Source: Trichoplax adhaerens (lineage: Eukaryota; Animalia; Placozoa). Taken from it: a stretch of 64,000 bases of DNA. Positions within the stretch are counted from its first letter, which is position 1. Each line of letters starts with the position of its first letter. Below, one piece after another: positions 26,669-40,302 of this stretch. The notes below the pieces were generated by a model. That model had not been told where the DNA came from. It searched no databases and was given only the letters and a program-made list of their open reading frames with translations. The stretch lies in assembly GCF_000150275.1 (NCBI RefSeq), contig NW_002060976.1, positions 377,626 to 441,625 on the forward strand, read 5' to 3'. The position numbers were made by a program, and so were the translations under genes.

Positions 26669-29600
26669 ATGAAATTAATCTTACTGCTATGTACATATAC
26701 TTTTTTAGCCCATATTCATTCAGTGGATATGAGTTATCTTAATGCCTCGGAACATGATCGCCTGGTGAGATTAGGCTATCAAGATCTTGGTAGATCTTGG
26801 TACGAAAAAAGAAACGCTGAATTTCATAAGGGTAGAAATGAACGGTTCCGTTTTGGCTTAGATTCAGAATCCTATTCAAACAACGGCTTTCTATTACATA
26901 CATTAGGTAACAAAAAATCTACGCAGTATTTATGCATTGGGTAATAAACTAACTTCTTAATAACTCCACTAATCGACTGATTATCATTTAGCTGTTTATC
27001 TGAAATTAAAATTTATTCTATATGACTTTGTGAAAAATTTTTAACCAAAACGACACCTCAAAATTAATAGACATAACTGTAGAATAGCATGCTTTCTTTT
27101 AATGATAGCTTCAATAATAAGGCTTCTTGATTATACTTGCTTATTTATTGCTACCGAAAATGAAGCTATTAATGCTCCATTGTTAAGTACTAAAAGTGAG
27201 GAAGACTTTCTGAGCTATGATTTTCATATACGATCATTTCGCGCTACTGTATTTTCCCCTGCTTGCATAGTGTCCATACTTTCTATCATATGATATCCGC
27301 GTATCTGCGGCTATAGACTCCGTCAAAAGAAGTCATGATTGATGTAGAAATTCTGCTAGTTCGGAATCACCGTTTCACCTTTCTCGAATTTGCATTTGAA
27401 AATATGTTTTGGTTTCCAAGTAATACTATTCGATCAGATATCTTCGTTTCTTAATCATACGCGCACAAAGCAGTTATTTGGGTTTTGTGAAAGTATCAAT
27501 CTAGCTAGACAAAATATAATTTTATGTGAACATTAATTGCTCTTTTAAAACGAATTATATTTCAGACTCCAGATATAATGGCAAAGTACGAAAAAGAACT
27601 TCTCATATCATAAGCAAGGAAAAACTGTTAGGAGAAACTCACAACGATGTTGCAAACCGAATACATAATAGGAATGCAGTTGCTTCAACATCATGGCAAA
27701 AATGGCCATTACCAATTCCGTACAGTTTTAATGGCATATGTAAGTGGGCCAAGGCTTTACATCTTTACTTGCATTCTGTTGTATTTTAAGTTCACGTTAG
27801 GCCCTATTTATTGTAAGAAAGCATTACTTTTTCATGTTCATGTCAGATTAGTCAATATATAATCTTTGATTTAGCAAATTAGTATTGCATAGTCAAGTTA
27901 TTCCATGAATGCACAAATTAAATTTTACTCCTGTAATTTACCGCGAAAAAATTCTTACCTTACAGTGATATAAAGTTACTAAATGTAAGTGAAATTGATA
28001 AGGTTATAGAAATGTTATGCAGCAGCCTATTTTCATATGTATGCCGATACTAAGGCTACGGCTGATATATTACTCAAGTTGTTGATCTGTTGTTAGAATT
28101 GAACAGTACGAGCGAAATTTTCAAAGTTGATCTTGCAAACTACTGTAAACTAACTGATTGATTAGAATTTTTATTCTGAAATTAATCAATGCAATAAGAC
28201 ATAAGTATTCATTTATATCTATCAATAGTATTCTATGTAACCTGATTGATCAAAATTATACTTATATATAACATATATATAAGTTAATTTTGCCATTAAA
28301 TACAGTTAAGTACCGTAGTGTTTGGCGCAGCCGTTGAACTTTACCACTGCAATGCGCTAAAATATAGCAATGATGTTATATATTTTACAGCTGCAAATGC
28401 TCAATTGTTAGTAACTCAAGCTATAGCAGATTTGGAAGCGAATACTTGCTTAAATTTTTCCCAAAGAACTAGCCAAGTCGACTATATTTCTTTTGAGATC
28501 GGATTTGGGTGAGTTGCTAATGATGCAAATTTACTTACGAGAAAGAAGATGAAAACAGAACGTAAATTTGATTCTATCTGTCGATCTATGACTCATTAAT
28601 GCTTTAAAATTGCAAAAGTCATTTTGAAATATTAATGGCAACTGATAACCACACCAAGGCTTCAAAGTACATTAGTAATTCTAGTTAAGAGAGTTAAGAG
28701 TATGGAATAGTCTGGGTAAATCAATGAAGCAACCCTAAAATTCTCCGTGCATAATTATAGTTCGTTCAGGAAAAATTTAGGTATAAAAGATGTTTTTGGA
28801 AATAAGGTCAATTAAGTTACTAGTTAAAAAATATAGCATTGATTAATTTTTGTACCTTTGCTATTATTGGAGGTAGGTAGAAAGTCAATAAAATTTTCAA
28901 TGGAATTATTCCGTTATTAAAAATTGATAATTCTGTAACCTAAATGTTTTATTACTTTTCCGTCTCGAGATATACTGCTTACAATTCTTTCTAATTCATT
29001 GCTTAATTTTGTATTAGAATTAATATTTATGAAATCGCATCTTAATTTTTCAGTTTAATATAAGTTAATGCATTATGTTGCTATTTGACTTCTAATGGCC
29101 ATTTTTTTATTGGCAGTTGTTCTTCGGTAGTTGGGAGAATAGGTGGTAGGCAAGCTGTATCTCTTGACTCTAATTGTGAGAATATCGCAACTGTTAAGCA
29201 TGAAATAGGCCATGCGATTGGCTTATATCACACCCATTCACGCCTGGACAGGAATAAATATATATCTATTAACGCGGATAATATTGATTCCAGTAAGTGG
29301 ATAACGAGTTATGAAAATAGTATTCAATTTTCGAATATTACTTGTCAGTAGTAGGTAGAGAGTAAATTGATAATTTCCATCATCATCTGTATTATAATGA
29401 CTAAAAATAAAACGTCTAAGATTATAAAAGTTTATACTCATGGCCATAAGGTATGATAATTAGGCTAGGATAAGCAAGATATTTGAAAATCTCTGAAAAA
29501 TCGAGCTACTACTTGCAACAATTTGCTGACACACCATACTGCATGCAATGCAAGTTCAACCTTTAATGTACAGTTTAAATCTTTAGGCAATGTGAAGAAT

Positions 29601-32486
29601 TTTCAGCCAGAGCTAACTGCAGTTACCTACAATTTGGAATACGACTATAATTCGGTCTTTCATTATGGAACCCATGACTACAGCTCGGATGGCACTGCTG
29701 TTATTACGCCTATTGCAAATGGAGCAAGCATAGGAAGTGCAACAGATTACTCATATTTAGATTATGTAGCCATTAACCTCTATTACGAATGCTATGGTAA
29801 AATAATAGCTAAATGTTGATTGTGTAATTGAACTTGTCTTATGAAGTAAGTGTCGATTAATGTAACTTTGCAGACAAAACTCCGTTATATTGGCCTATGG
29901 ATGAAATCGTCGATAGCGAATTACTAGGCACGTTCAACGCTAAGAAAGTACTATCGTCACTGCCAGCTTCTAAATCGTCTAATTCAATTATTATTGGCTT
30001 AGAACCTGGCGCAACGTCTAGTTCGTTGAATTCCTTGAGGTTAAATATGCCGAAAGATGATTATTATATCGATTTAGGATCGTATCCCGATAAATGTGTT
30101 CAAGATCCAGCGAAATGTACAAGCGGTTTCTCTATGGCAATGTGGTTAAAAAATAACATAGGTGGTGATGAAACATCTTGTATCTTTACTACTTTAAGTC
30201 ATTCTCCTGGATTAACAAGAGGCTACAGTATTGATACTGTAGGCGGTGGATACATGTCCTTTCGCTATGTAAATTCCTCCATAGACACGAGTATCTATTT
30301 TCCATTTCCTGCGAAAACATGGACCCATTTAGCTGTAACAATAAGCAGTACAGGATGTAAGTTGTTCAATTCTAATCAGAATCGATATACTAGTATCATC
30401 ATATTAATCTCGAGCTCTAGATATGGATTCGATGTGATACTGCTAAAATCATGCGTTAAGAGTAGATCATTTCTGTTAGAAATAAATAACTAGACCAAAA
30501 TGATGCATAAGTAGTCTGCAGTGTTGAATTCAATAGAGTAATATCATGAGTGTTGCATTGTAGAATTTATAACTATTTTAAAGATTGACATCATAGAAGC
30601 AAGTACTGAGTCAAAGTAAACATTCCATTATTCGTGCGTTTAAATTATAACTAAGTACGACACTTTTCTTAACGATTTAGAGCAAATTTGGATTTAACTT
30701 TATTCCTGTTGCCATCAAGCGTTAGAGTTTTAGATTACTTTAAATGCTAATATGACATAGCGATAATCTTGCTGGTTCCATCGTTCAATTTTTTATTTTG
30801 GGGTTTATCTTGTTTTATACGCTATCTATTCATTTGGTATATTTAGGATAATGCAATATTTAAAGCATCTAATGAAGGAAGACTTTGCTTGTTTAATTAA
30901 TGTTAAATCAGTCGACAATGTACTCGATCACTTTAACAAAAGAATCTCATATATTTGTTTGCAAATTGGAAGTTATTCGACTTTAATTATATTAGTCCAT
31001 CAAGTATTCGTTGCACTGTATAATGATATGACATGATGGTTGGAGAAAATATAGTCTGAGAAGTCAGTCAGAGACAATTTGTGATCATTCAATAGGTCTT
31101 TCCTGCTTTATGCGTCTATCGTAATTAGATTGGTTGAACATATGAGAAAATAATGTAGTCGACGAAGGTTCTATTTAATCGATTTACAGCTTCGATGTGG
31201 CATAATGTACATATACGATAAATTATGTTAGTTTATAGGTTATCACTATGTAGCTCTACTAGATTGAATGATACGAGTGGGTAAGAGAAATCTCGTAGAC
31301 GTAGCTTAATTTTTTGTAGTTTCTTAATCAAAGCTCAAATAGTCCGAGTTTTCACAAGGCATAGCTGAAGTGTTTATTATACAGAAAGAACGATTCTGCT
31401 AGTCATTTCGTCGTTTAATCAAAGCTCAAATAGTCCGAGTTTTCACAAGGCATAACTGAAGTGTTTATTATACAGAAAGAACATTTTAAATAGTTCGACT
31501 TTTCACAAGGCTTAAGTGTTTACTTTTATTAAGAATGATTCAATTAGTCACTTGACAGAACAAAGAGATGGCAATATAATTTGACTGACTATGACAAGGG
31601 AGAAATAAAATAATAACAATGTAGAATTTTACGATATCAAACCTTAACAATTCTATGGCTACTGATGGCCCAAAGGCGAAATATCAGTCGCCATCTCTGA
31701 CCCTCTTATAACTTTAAATATTGAATAATCATTAATTATTACGCCGCAGAAATATAAGCGAATCACGATACGCGAAAAGGGCTACCGTTATATTTCTCTA
31801 TAGTGCTATAAGCCTAAACCTTTTTTTTGCCAATAACTAAGACTTGATTTGAACGGACCCTTATGAAAGTGATACTGCAAGATGTTGTGATATCTTTCTA
31901 TCATGCCTTTCATTTCTCTCTTCTCGTGCATGGATCTGAAAGCTTATGATTAAGAATATTCATATGATGTCTATGTCTCATTTTTAATTTTTTTTTCCAT
32001 TATTTTAGCGCTAAAATTATACTTAAATGGTAAAGACGTTACAAGTGACTCTTTGGTGTTTTTATCAGAGCAGCCTGGTGGCCCTTATGAGAATAAATTG
32101 GTAAATATCATTTTGGGTGCTCAATACACTGATGGAAACGGCTTCACAAACGAAATTTTGGACGTTAGCATCGGTAATTGTATTTTCAATGGAAACTAAT
32201 CGTATCAATGAATTTGGCCAAAGTGCTGGCAAAAAATAAGTTTCTATATTGAATTCCAATAGTTTATAATGTTAGTGATATCGATTGCATCCATGATACT
32301 TACTGCGATATCGTCCTTGATGTAGATGATTTGGCTCTATATGAAACTGAGTTGACCGCGGACCAAGTTACAAACATCAAGAGTAACGGACCATATTATC
32401 AACAATCAGCAGCATCCGGTAGTTTGGGTTTAAAAGAAGCATTAACGACTCTTGCTGCCGATAATAACGATTTTCTTGCCTGGTAA
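26669..32486 (+). CDS. Secreted astacin (M12A) zinc metalloprotease with C-terminal LamG/concanavalin-A-like domain, 8 exons, ~574 aa
   Basis: Exons 26669-26906, 27566-27739, 28391-28508, 29117-29292, 29587-29796, 29874-30356, 32009-32173, 32326-32486. All introns are GT-AG, phases are consistent and the sum is 1725 nt. Signal peptide, RNAV...WP..IPY, CSSVVGR, HEIGHAIGLYH, YDYNSVFHY. LamG-like motifs YWPMDE, FSMAMW, WTHLAVT, LKLYLNG, IDDLALY. Confidence 0.85.
31324..31525. repeat. Intronic tandem repeat, 92 bp unit x 2 plus partial third
   Basis: ttaatcaaagctcaaatagtccgagttttcacaaggcata at 31324 and 31416. Confidence 0.9.
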
Positions 32487-33942
32487 TTCTGATAGTCATT
32501 ATAAACGATGGAAAATATCATAATTTGTGGGTGGGATCTACGCATAGTTATTAGCCTGTATCTCATATTTCTTCTTGTTGAAGGCTATCGAATAAGTAAT
32601 AGCATCTACCATTCATGCTGAATCATGCGCTAAATTAAGTTTACTAAATAGTTTGTAATTTAGTAGTTGATTTGATTTAGCATTTATTCATGTTGAATTC
32701 CTACTCTATTGTATTATCCAATCTAAAGTGATCGTTATAAGCTTTGTATAGATATTTACACTTTAAAGTTATTTATGTAATTGAAGGTGAAATAGCTCAG
32801 TTGATAGGATAAAGGCATACGATTATTCTCTAGAGTAGAATGAACAATCCATGCTGGCCGGTTATTATTGATCTGATATTACTACTACTTGCTTTATCAT
32901 TGATCTATGTAGTTTTTAATGATGCCTTAAGGTGTATTGCTATCCTTGCTGAGCATGACACATATTGACTTATTGATGTAGAAAAGCGCAATAAACTATA
33001 GATTGATCAATTAGCCTCATTCGTAAGAGTTTCAACAATCTTATTAATTTGGTATTTTAACCAGTTACAAGTGCAAATTGATCTTGCACTTCAATATAAG
33101 AATAGGAATGACAAATTCTATTTCGCCATCGTTCTTTGGAGTTGTAGTCCATAGTTACCCATTTTATCGACGGCTACAGTCATCGATTTGCGTCGCTATT
33201 GAGGGTTTGACTGCCCTGCTACTATGGCTGAATTCATCACGTCGCTCTTGGAGGGATGATTGCATGTAACATTTTGAGTGAGTTACTAATCTAAATCGGC
33301 TATTGCTCTTTCAAGTCTTTTGAAAGAAAGGCGATAGTGAAGTCAAATAATACACGATCTACAGTATTGGAGGAATTATGTTTCAGGTCGCTTCCGCAAA
33401 ATACCTATTTCTTTTTTGACTATACAGTACAGTAACTAGCATCAATGGGCATGATGCAAATAGTGCTAGCAACATGCCTCTACTTTCTACTCGTCGCCAT
33501 CTATCCTACGTTATTGGACTGACTGGAATTTTGTCAAGGCATGTTGGTAAATGAGTACGATAGTCGATTGAAGAAAATGTCCAATACTCCTGCTCAATGC
33601 TCATATCAAATTGCGGTATCTCTTTCAACGATCACTGCATTTTTTGTGGTAACATATTCGATGTTGGCCAATTTTGTACAATAGTAATCTACTGTATATT
33701 GTGTATAATTAATCCATTGCACCGTAAACACTAAGACAGAATTAGTGTAAGCACGACGAAATGCATGTGTTTTATCTTTTGAAAATTCATTTTTCTAGGT
33801 GTTTACTTTTCTACCTGCGTTTGTGATTACTGCACCAGTTGTAGTTAGGTAAAGCATGTCCTTTCACCGTCATGGAATCATAGTCCAGTACTGTGCTGTA
33901 CTTTACTTTAGTAGGACTACGGTTTTCTTCAAGCCTTCATAA

Positions 33943-34605
33943 CGGTACTCTGCCATGACTATGCATTTGGTCCACTCATGTAATCTGTTTTCTTCGATAT
34001 GGTTGCATAGTCAAAACTACAAGTAAAACGGGATCCATTCGATGAGACGGATCTACTCTAGCTTTATTAATTAATTTATTATTGTTGCGAGAGATTCAAG
34101 ACCCCAGCAGTACAGTATGTACTTTGACTGCCACAATGCTCTGCCATGACCATGCATTTGGTCCACTCATGTAATCTGTTTTCTTGCATGTGATTAAATA
34201 GTCAAAACTACAAGTAAAACGAGATCGCCTCCATTGGACGGATCTACTCTAGCTTTATTAAGTAATTAATTAATTTATTATTGTTGCGAGAGATTCAAGA
34301 CCCCAGCAGTATGTACTTTGACTGTCATAGTGCTCCGCCATGACCATGCATTTGATCCACTCATGTAATCTGTTTTCTTGCATGTGATTAAATAGTCAAA
34401 ACTATAAGGAAAACGAGATCGCCTCCATTGGAAGGATCTACTCTTGCTTTATTGATTTATTGTGTGAGCATGGTTGCGAGAGTTTCGAGATCCCAGCAGT
34501 ACGTACTTTGACTGCCCTAGTACTCTGCCTTGACTATGCATTGGGCCCACTCATGGAATCTGTTTCTTGGATATGCTTGTATAGTCAAAAGGGCAAGTAC
34601 AACGC
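33943..34605. repeat. Tandem repeat, ~190-194 bp unit x 3.5
   Basis: gcc.tgac.atgcatt.g.tccactcatg.aatctgttt at ~33951, 34142, 34336 and 34526. Confidence 0.92.
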
Positions 34606-34780
34606 TGCAAAAGACCAATGGTGATGAACCTTTCGACCAACAACGACGGCCTGTTGTGTTTTAAAAGCATGCATTTGCAATCAATCTAGTACAACTTGAT
34701 GCAAAAATTGCAATATCGAAGGTGTGTCTGGGCAGGAAACTGGTCGACGATACACCAATTGGAATAGACATAGGAATGAC

Positions 34781-35476
34781 GTAGTACAGTACAGTACGCC
34801 CCCAAGCTCAAGTAAAGAGTAAATACTGTACGTGATACTCGTCCATTGTCTCAACTGCACCGTGTCAAGTCTGTACAGTACGTAGGTGACGTCGCGAAAA
34901 GTGACTCGTCCATTCTCTCAACTGTACCGCGTTAAGTACAGTACATTGTACAGTACAGTACAGTACTGTACATGTGTACTGTAGGACAGTGTACTGTACA
35001 GTACTGTAGGTGACGTCGCGAAAAGTGACTCGTCCATTCTCTCAACTGTACCGCGTCGAGTACAGTACGTACACTGTACAGTACATGTGTAGGCGACGTC
35101 CCGAAAAGTGACTCGTCCATTCTCTCAACTGCTCCGTGTCAAGTATGTGCAGTAGGCCTGATCATTTTGCATAAATTACTTTGTACACTTCGTTGAATTT
35201 GAAGCTGTCCTACTAATACATTCGATCAGGGCTAACGTATGTACACTTAATTGTACAGTACAGTACATGTGTACACTGTACACACGTCCCGAAAAGTGAC
35301 CGGTCCAATTCTCTCAACTGTACCGTGTCAAGTACAATACAGGACATGTGTAGCTGACGTCCCGATAAGTGACTCGTCCATACTACTGTACTGTACAGTA
35401 CAGTATAGTCTCTCAACTGTACCGTGTCAAGTACTGTACTTGTGGAGGTGACGTCCCCCAAAGTGACTCTCCCTAC
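34781..35476. repeat. Compound satellite: ~50-bp conserved core x ~7 with variable TACAG/CTGTA spacers
   Basis: Core gacgtc.cgaaaagtgactcgtccattctctcaactgtaccg.gtcaagt near 34836 (partial), 34887, 35011, 35094, 35284, 35356 and 35449. Confidence 0.9.
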
Positions 35477-35639
35477 CAAGTTCAGCGACGAGACAAATCA
35501 ACAATCGCGCCTAGTGGAACTCACCAATGGCATTCTTGCCCATAGTAACTCGCCTTGGCCACTCTGGTGATTCAGCGCTAGGATAACCGTTATGATTCTT
35601 CTTTATTGATGAGGATGATGGTGGGCATGTCATTCATCT

Positions 35640-35800
35640 TGCGTGACGTCATTTGGACTAGCACGTACATGCGTCGCTGGTGACAGTACACAGTATCAGC
35701 GACAAGAGCAAGCGACGTGCAAAGGTGTCAAGGTTATTGGACGTCATTTGCATGACAGGCGTCACGTCATCCAGCGATTGACTGACTCTGTTGACGTCGT
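35640..35800 (+). promoter_or_regulatory. Cluster of CRE/ATF-like sites in a GC-richer region upstream of SAMD8
   Basis: Perfect TGACGTCA at 35644-35651; near matches GGACGTCA (35739), TCACGTCA (35762) and TGACGTCG (35792). Confidence 0.45.
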
Positions 35801-36027
35801 AGGGGAATGAGTTGTTGTTGTTGTTGGCGAGAGTTGGATCGATTCTTCCTCTACTTTCTCTCCTCTCCATCCTCCATGTAGTCATCGTTGTTAGTAAGTA
35901 TTTGCTTTTCAAGCTTGGCTTGGGTTATCGAGTGCTTGTTGTACAAGGCTAAATTAAAGAGGCAACATCCTACGAGGACTTGGTGGACTACTGCATCAAG
36001 AGGAAAAAGTGCTTTACAACGGTTACA

Positions 36028-39000
36028 ATGACTGCACAGGAGAAAATGGCCAGCCATGACAATGTCCTCAGTTGGACACCACATGAAGTAGCAGATTGGT
36101 TACAAGATCGTGGACACTGCGAGTATATTGATACATTTAAGAAGAATAAAATGGATGGCCGTGCTTTACTTGCCTTAAAGGAGAAAGATTTACGATTGCT
36201 AGATGGTTTAGCCACATGTTTAGGCGATTTAAAAAGGATCTGGTTGGATATCCAAGAGTTGAAAGGACACGTTCAACCTACCAATGGCCACCCATTCATT
36301 TCCAATCGGTTTGCTGCCAATGGCCATTGCAAATCCACTCCGACACAAGGAACGATTACAGTCAATGCTTTCCATCATGATTGCCAAGATGGTGCTTCCA
36401 TGTCATGCTCTCAGTGTGGTACAACACTGTGGAATGACAGTGATGGCTATCGATCAGCACAAGCAAGTCCTTTCCATATTATTTCCGATCGTTGGAAAGC
36501 GTTGATTGCCGTAGCTTATGCTTTAGGATCCTTTCTCATCTCCGCCATTGTCATGACAATTGTTCATGAACGTGTACCCGACAAGAAACTTTACCCTCCT
36601 TTGCCGGATATTGTCTTGGATAATATCCCAGTCATCCCTTACTCTTTTGAATTGTGCGAGATCACCGGTAAGGCATTGATTGATTGAACATTGTTCCAAC
36701 TTGATCCTTTCTCTCGTCTTGCTCATCTCATCAAACATTAATTAAAACACCTATTCTGCTGTATAAAATATCTTGTTTTATCCATCATACACGCCGCTCG
36801 AGACTCGACGATGAAAACCTTCTAAAAAATAATAATTACTTAAACTATTGAATCGCTGTCATCAGCATGCTTGAAAAAGTAACAAGTAAAATAGGATTGT
36901 TATTACAGCCCAATCAAGTTATGGGAGAATCATTGGACGATCATTCACTATTCACCATCAACAACAACGACTGTAGCTTAGCAGTTTCCCCCCCCCCCCA
37001 CGGCTTTCAGCTCCATCTTGATTGCAGACTGTTTACTGTGCTATCCAATATGGAACGTTCATGATCTGTAATAGATACCCGTAGAAATGAAAAAATTAAC
37101 CCTTACATACACGACATATTTCCCAAAGTAATGACTCTTTCCGAAATGCTTACCCGTGCCCCCTCCTCCCTGACCCAAATAACAACAACAAAGAAAATGC
37201 CAGTAAATACTCCAATTACTTCGTCTATCCAGTACATTCATGATGTTTTGTTCATTTCTGCCATTTCAAGTTTGTATAAGATGTCAGCCAAACTTGTTCC
37301 TACTTTTGATCGCTCTACCGACCAATTATAACGTCTGTAGGGTAGATTGGTTACTGTAGTTTTTTTTATTTGTACAACCAGCGAACTCCATCACTCAGAT
37401 ACATCAAGCATTCATGAACAGTAGTATCATTTATTCTAACCACATTATTCCGTTGGTTAATATTGTTTGCACTGATCGTGACATGAATGATTGAATTCAA
37501 AATTGCTTGATTTTATACAACACGATGGATTGATGAGATCGTTCATGAAGTTGAAATAGAGTGATAGAGCAGTCTACACTCAATCACTTAAACTTTACCA
37601 GTAATAGATTGGATCCATTTTACATCAACATTAATTGCCAGCATCACCTTAGGGTAGCACTATTGTGGACGCGCATTTCTTCCTTTATTGAGCAACTCTT
37701 TGTTCCTCAAGGTTAACATTTGAAACGTTGCTCTTTCGTTAATTCATTTTACTACAACGACCATGCTCCCTCCATTCTCACAAATAAATCGATTATCGAT
37801 ACTGTCAGTAAACGGTATACTGTAGAAACTATCGGTAGAAGATGTTGATTCAATTGTTCATGAATGGCCTTTTATTAACGACAATCGTTGATTCTTGTTC
37901 ACGCTCAAATAATAAACATCTCCAGTGTGGATCTTTTTCTTTTTTAATCATGCTGACATGCACTGCCATGGTATACGGCTTGATTCGCTAAAATGCAACA
38001 GCCCAAATCCAATCAGACAGTTTCATGCATCGTATGTTATCTAGATCTTCGTGTCATGACAAGATTTAGATTCAAAGTATTCGTATATTGTAGTGTCAAA
38101 AATTGGTAACTTGCTTATAATTCTACCTTAGTTTAATCTGATTATTCATCACTTTATAAACTCAATGGATAATGTTTCAGCAGTAGCCTGATAGGTGCTT
38201 TCTATGTTCTTACTGTTGTCAATCGATAGCAATTTTGGCTATGCATGAGTTATTACCTATTGAAGGTTCCATAGATGATTTGCACGTACCTATAGTATGT
38301 TACAGTAGACGATTTCCGCTCCATCGCCATTCTTTCTTTATATTTCACAAGTTCTAGCTTTACTTCACTTCATTGTCACTTACCTTATCCCAAGATTTAA
38401 ATCCTATACTATATTCGTATTTTGTCAATTTTATTTTATTGATGCTACTGTTACTAATCCACAGTACTACTCAAACATCCATCCTATTCACGACCATCAT
38501 CAAGATGGAAAGATGGATCTCTGATCATAAACGCTATACAGTACCCTCACTCGTATACGCGAAGAATTACAGAATTGATTGCTGTCTATAATATAATACC
38601 GACTGGTTCTGTATCAAGTGCACAGTTTAGGATTAAACAGCTTTCCTGCTAATGACATGATCTTCTTTCTTTCCATTTTCTAGCTTTAAGCCTCTTCATC
38701 TTACTGGGAATCATTATCGTATTTCATAAACATCGCTTTGTTATTATACGAAGACTATGCGCCATTGCTGGCACTGTCTTTTTACTCCGTTGTGCCACTA
38801 TGTTTGTTACCTCTTTATCCATACCTGGTCGCCATTTAGAATGCGATTCGAAGACAAATGGTGATTTCGCTTCCATTATGAATCGTGCTATACAAATATG
38901 GTCCGGTTTTGGCATGACTATTGCCGGAGTTCGAACTTGTGGCGATTACCTATTTAGTGGGCATACTGTCGCCGTTACTTTAAGTAACTTCTTTATCACA

Positions 39001-39330
39001 GAATATACACCTGATAGCTGGCATTTACTCCATTTTCTTACGTGGACTCTCAATCTATCTGGCATTTTCTTTATTTTAGCTGCACACGAACATTACTCTA
39101 TAGACGTTTTAATTGGATATTATATTACTACACGTCTCTTTATCTATTATCATGCTTTAGCTAATTCACGTATTGCTCGCCAACGTCAACGAGGTAGAAC
39201 ATTTAGTTACTTACCCATGTTTGTAGTTTTTGAATACAATGTTGAGCCTGTCGCAAACGAATTTGAATGGCCAATTTCTTGGCCATCAAAGTGGAGGTTT
39301 GGCCTGAAATCCGATAATGAAAGCAAGTAA
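36028..39330 (+). CDS. SAMD8: Sphingomyelin synthase-related protein (SMSr, SAM domain + lipid phosphotransferase), 2 coding exons, ~428 aa
   Basis: Exons 36028-36667 and 38684-39330 (phase-1 GT-AG intron, 1287 nt total). N-terminal SAM domain ([10 protein letters not shown]...MDGRALLAL). SMS motifs PLPD, RR...[19 protein letters not shown]. Confidence 0.92.
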
Positions 39331-40302
39331 AATAAAACCCTGGAGTTTGCTAGCGTTATGCCTATTAAATTCCTATCTAAATGATGAAGAAATGAGCTTT
39401 ATTATGACAACATGAACCACTTATTCTCGGTCAATGATAATTAGTAATTGGAAGTAGAACTTTTGAGCGTAAGAAAATGAACTTGAATTATTCCTTATAG
39501 ACATCAAAAAGACGTTTTATTACAAGTATTTACATATGTTAAGCCCAAATTTGCTGTTTTGATAACATACATTTTTGTACAAGAAGATAGTAACAAGATA
39601 TTTTTCGAAAATAACTCTGAAATAGGATAATTTCCACTTATTAAATAATTTAGATTACAAATCTAGTATCACTGTGCTATTGCTATCTTGTAAGCTTGAT
39701 CCGAAGATATATTGACAAAAAGCCTTTATTACTTCCATGATAAATTATAATTTATGCACATCAGATTTAGTACGTATCGTAATCACTTTGTACTTAAAAT
39801 TGGAATCGAATTATATTCAGCTATTAAATCATGAAGTTTATACGATGATGCTAAATTTGGGCTTTTAAATTCCGTCATTTCAACTAAGTTAACAATTATG
39901 CAATGAAAATGTTGCCCACAGATAATTTCATGAAGTAGAAATGTTTGGCATTATTGGTAGCAATTATCTCTCAGCTTGTACCGTTCTGGTATTTGCTTGA
40001 CTAAAAATAAGCTAACGCATAGTTTTCGGTTTAATATTGAAATCATATGCAATCACAGTTTATGACTGTTGCAATAGTGAAAGATCTGCAATCTGTAAGT
40101 ACCATAGATATATCGGATGTACAAATGCAGAAGCGAGGTGTCATAAATACCTATTTTCACTTCGATTATCAAGAAACATTAAGCAAAGATAAACTTATAG
40201 CGTTAACCTTTAAGAAATTGGCGTGTTAGACGTAATATGGAAAGAGGAGTAATCATTCAAATTTGCATGAAATATGATGGTACAGCGGGTGACGTAATCG
40301 GT

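Noticed and set aside
34781-35476. Repeat-spacer pattern resembling a CRISPR array, and ORFs 34932-35120, 35213-35479, 35251-35451
   Set aside because: The spacers are low-complexity TACAG runs of unequal length, there are no cas genes and the context is eukaryotic. The ORFs are repeat by-products.
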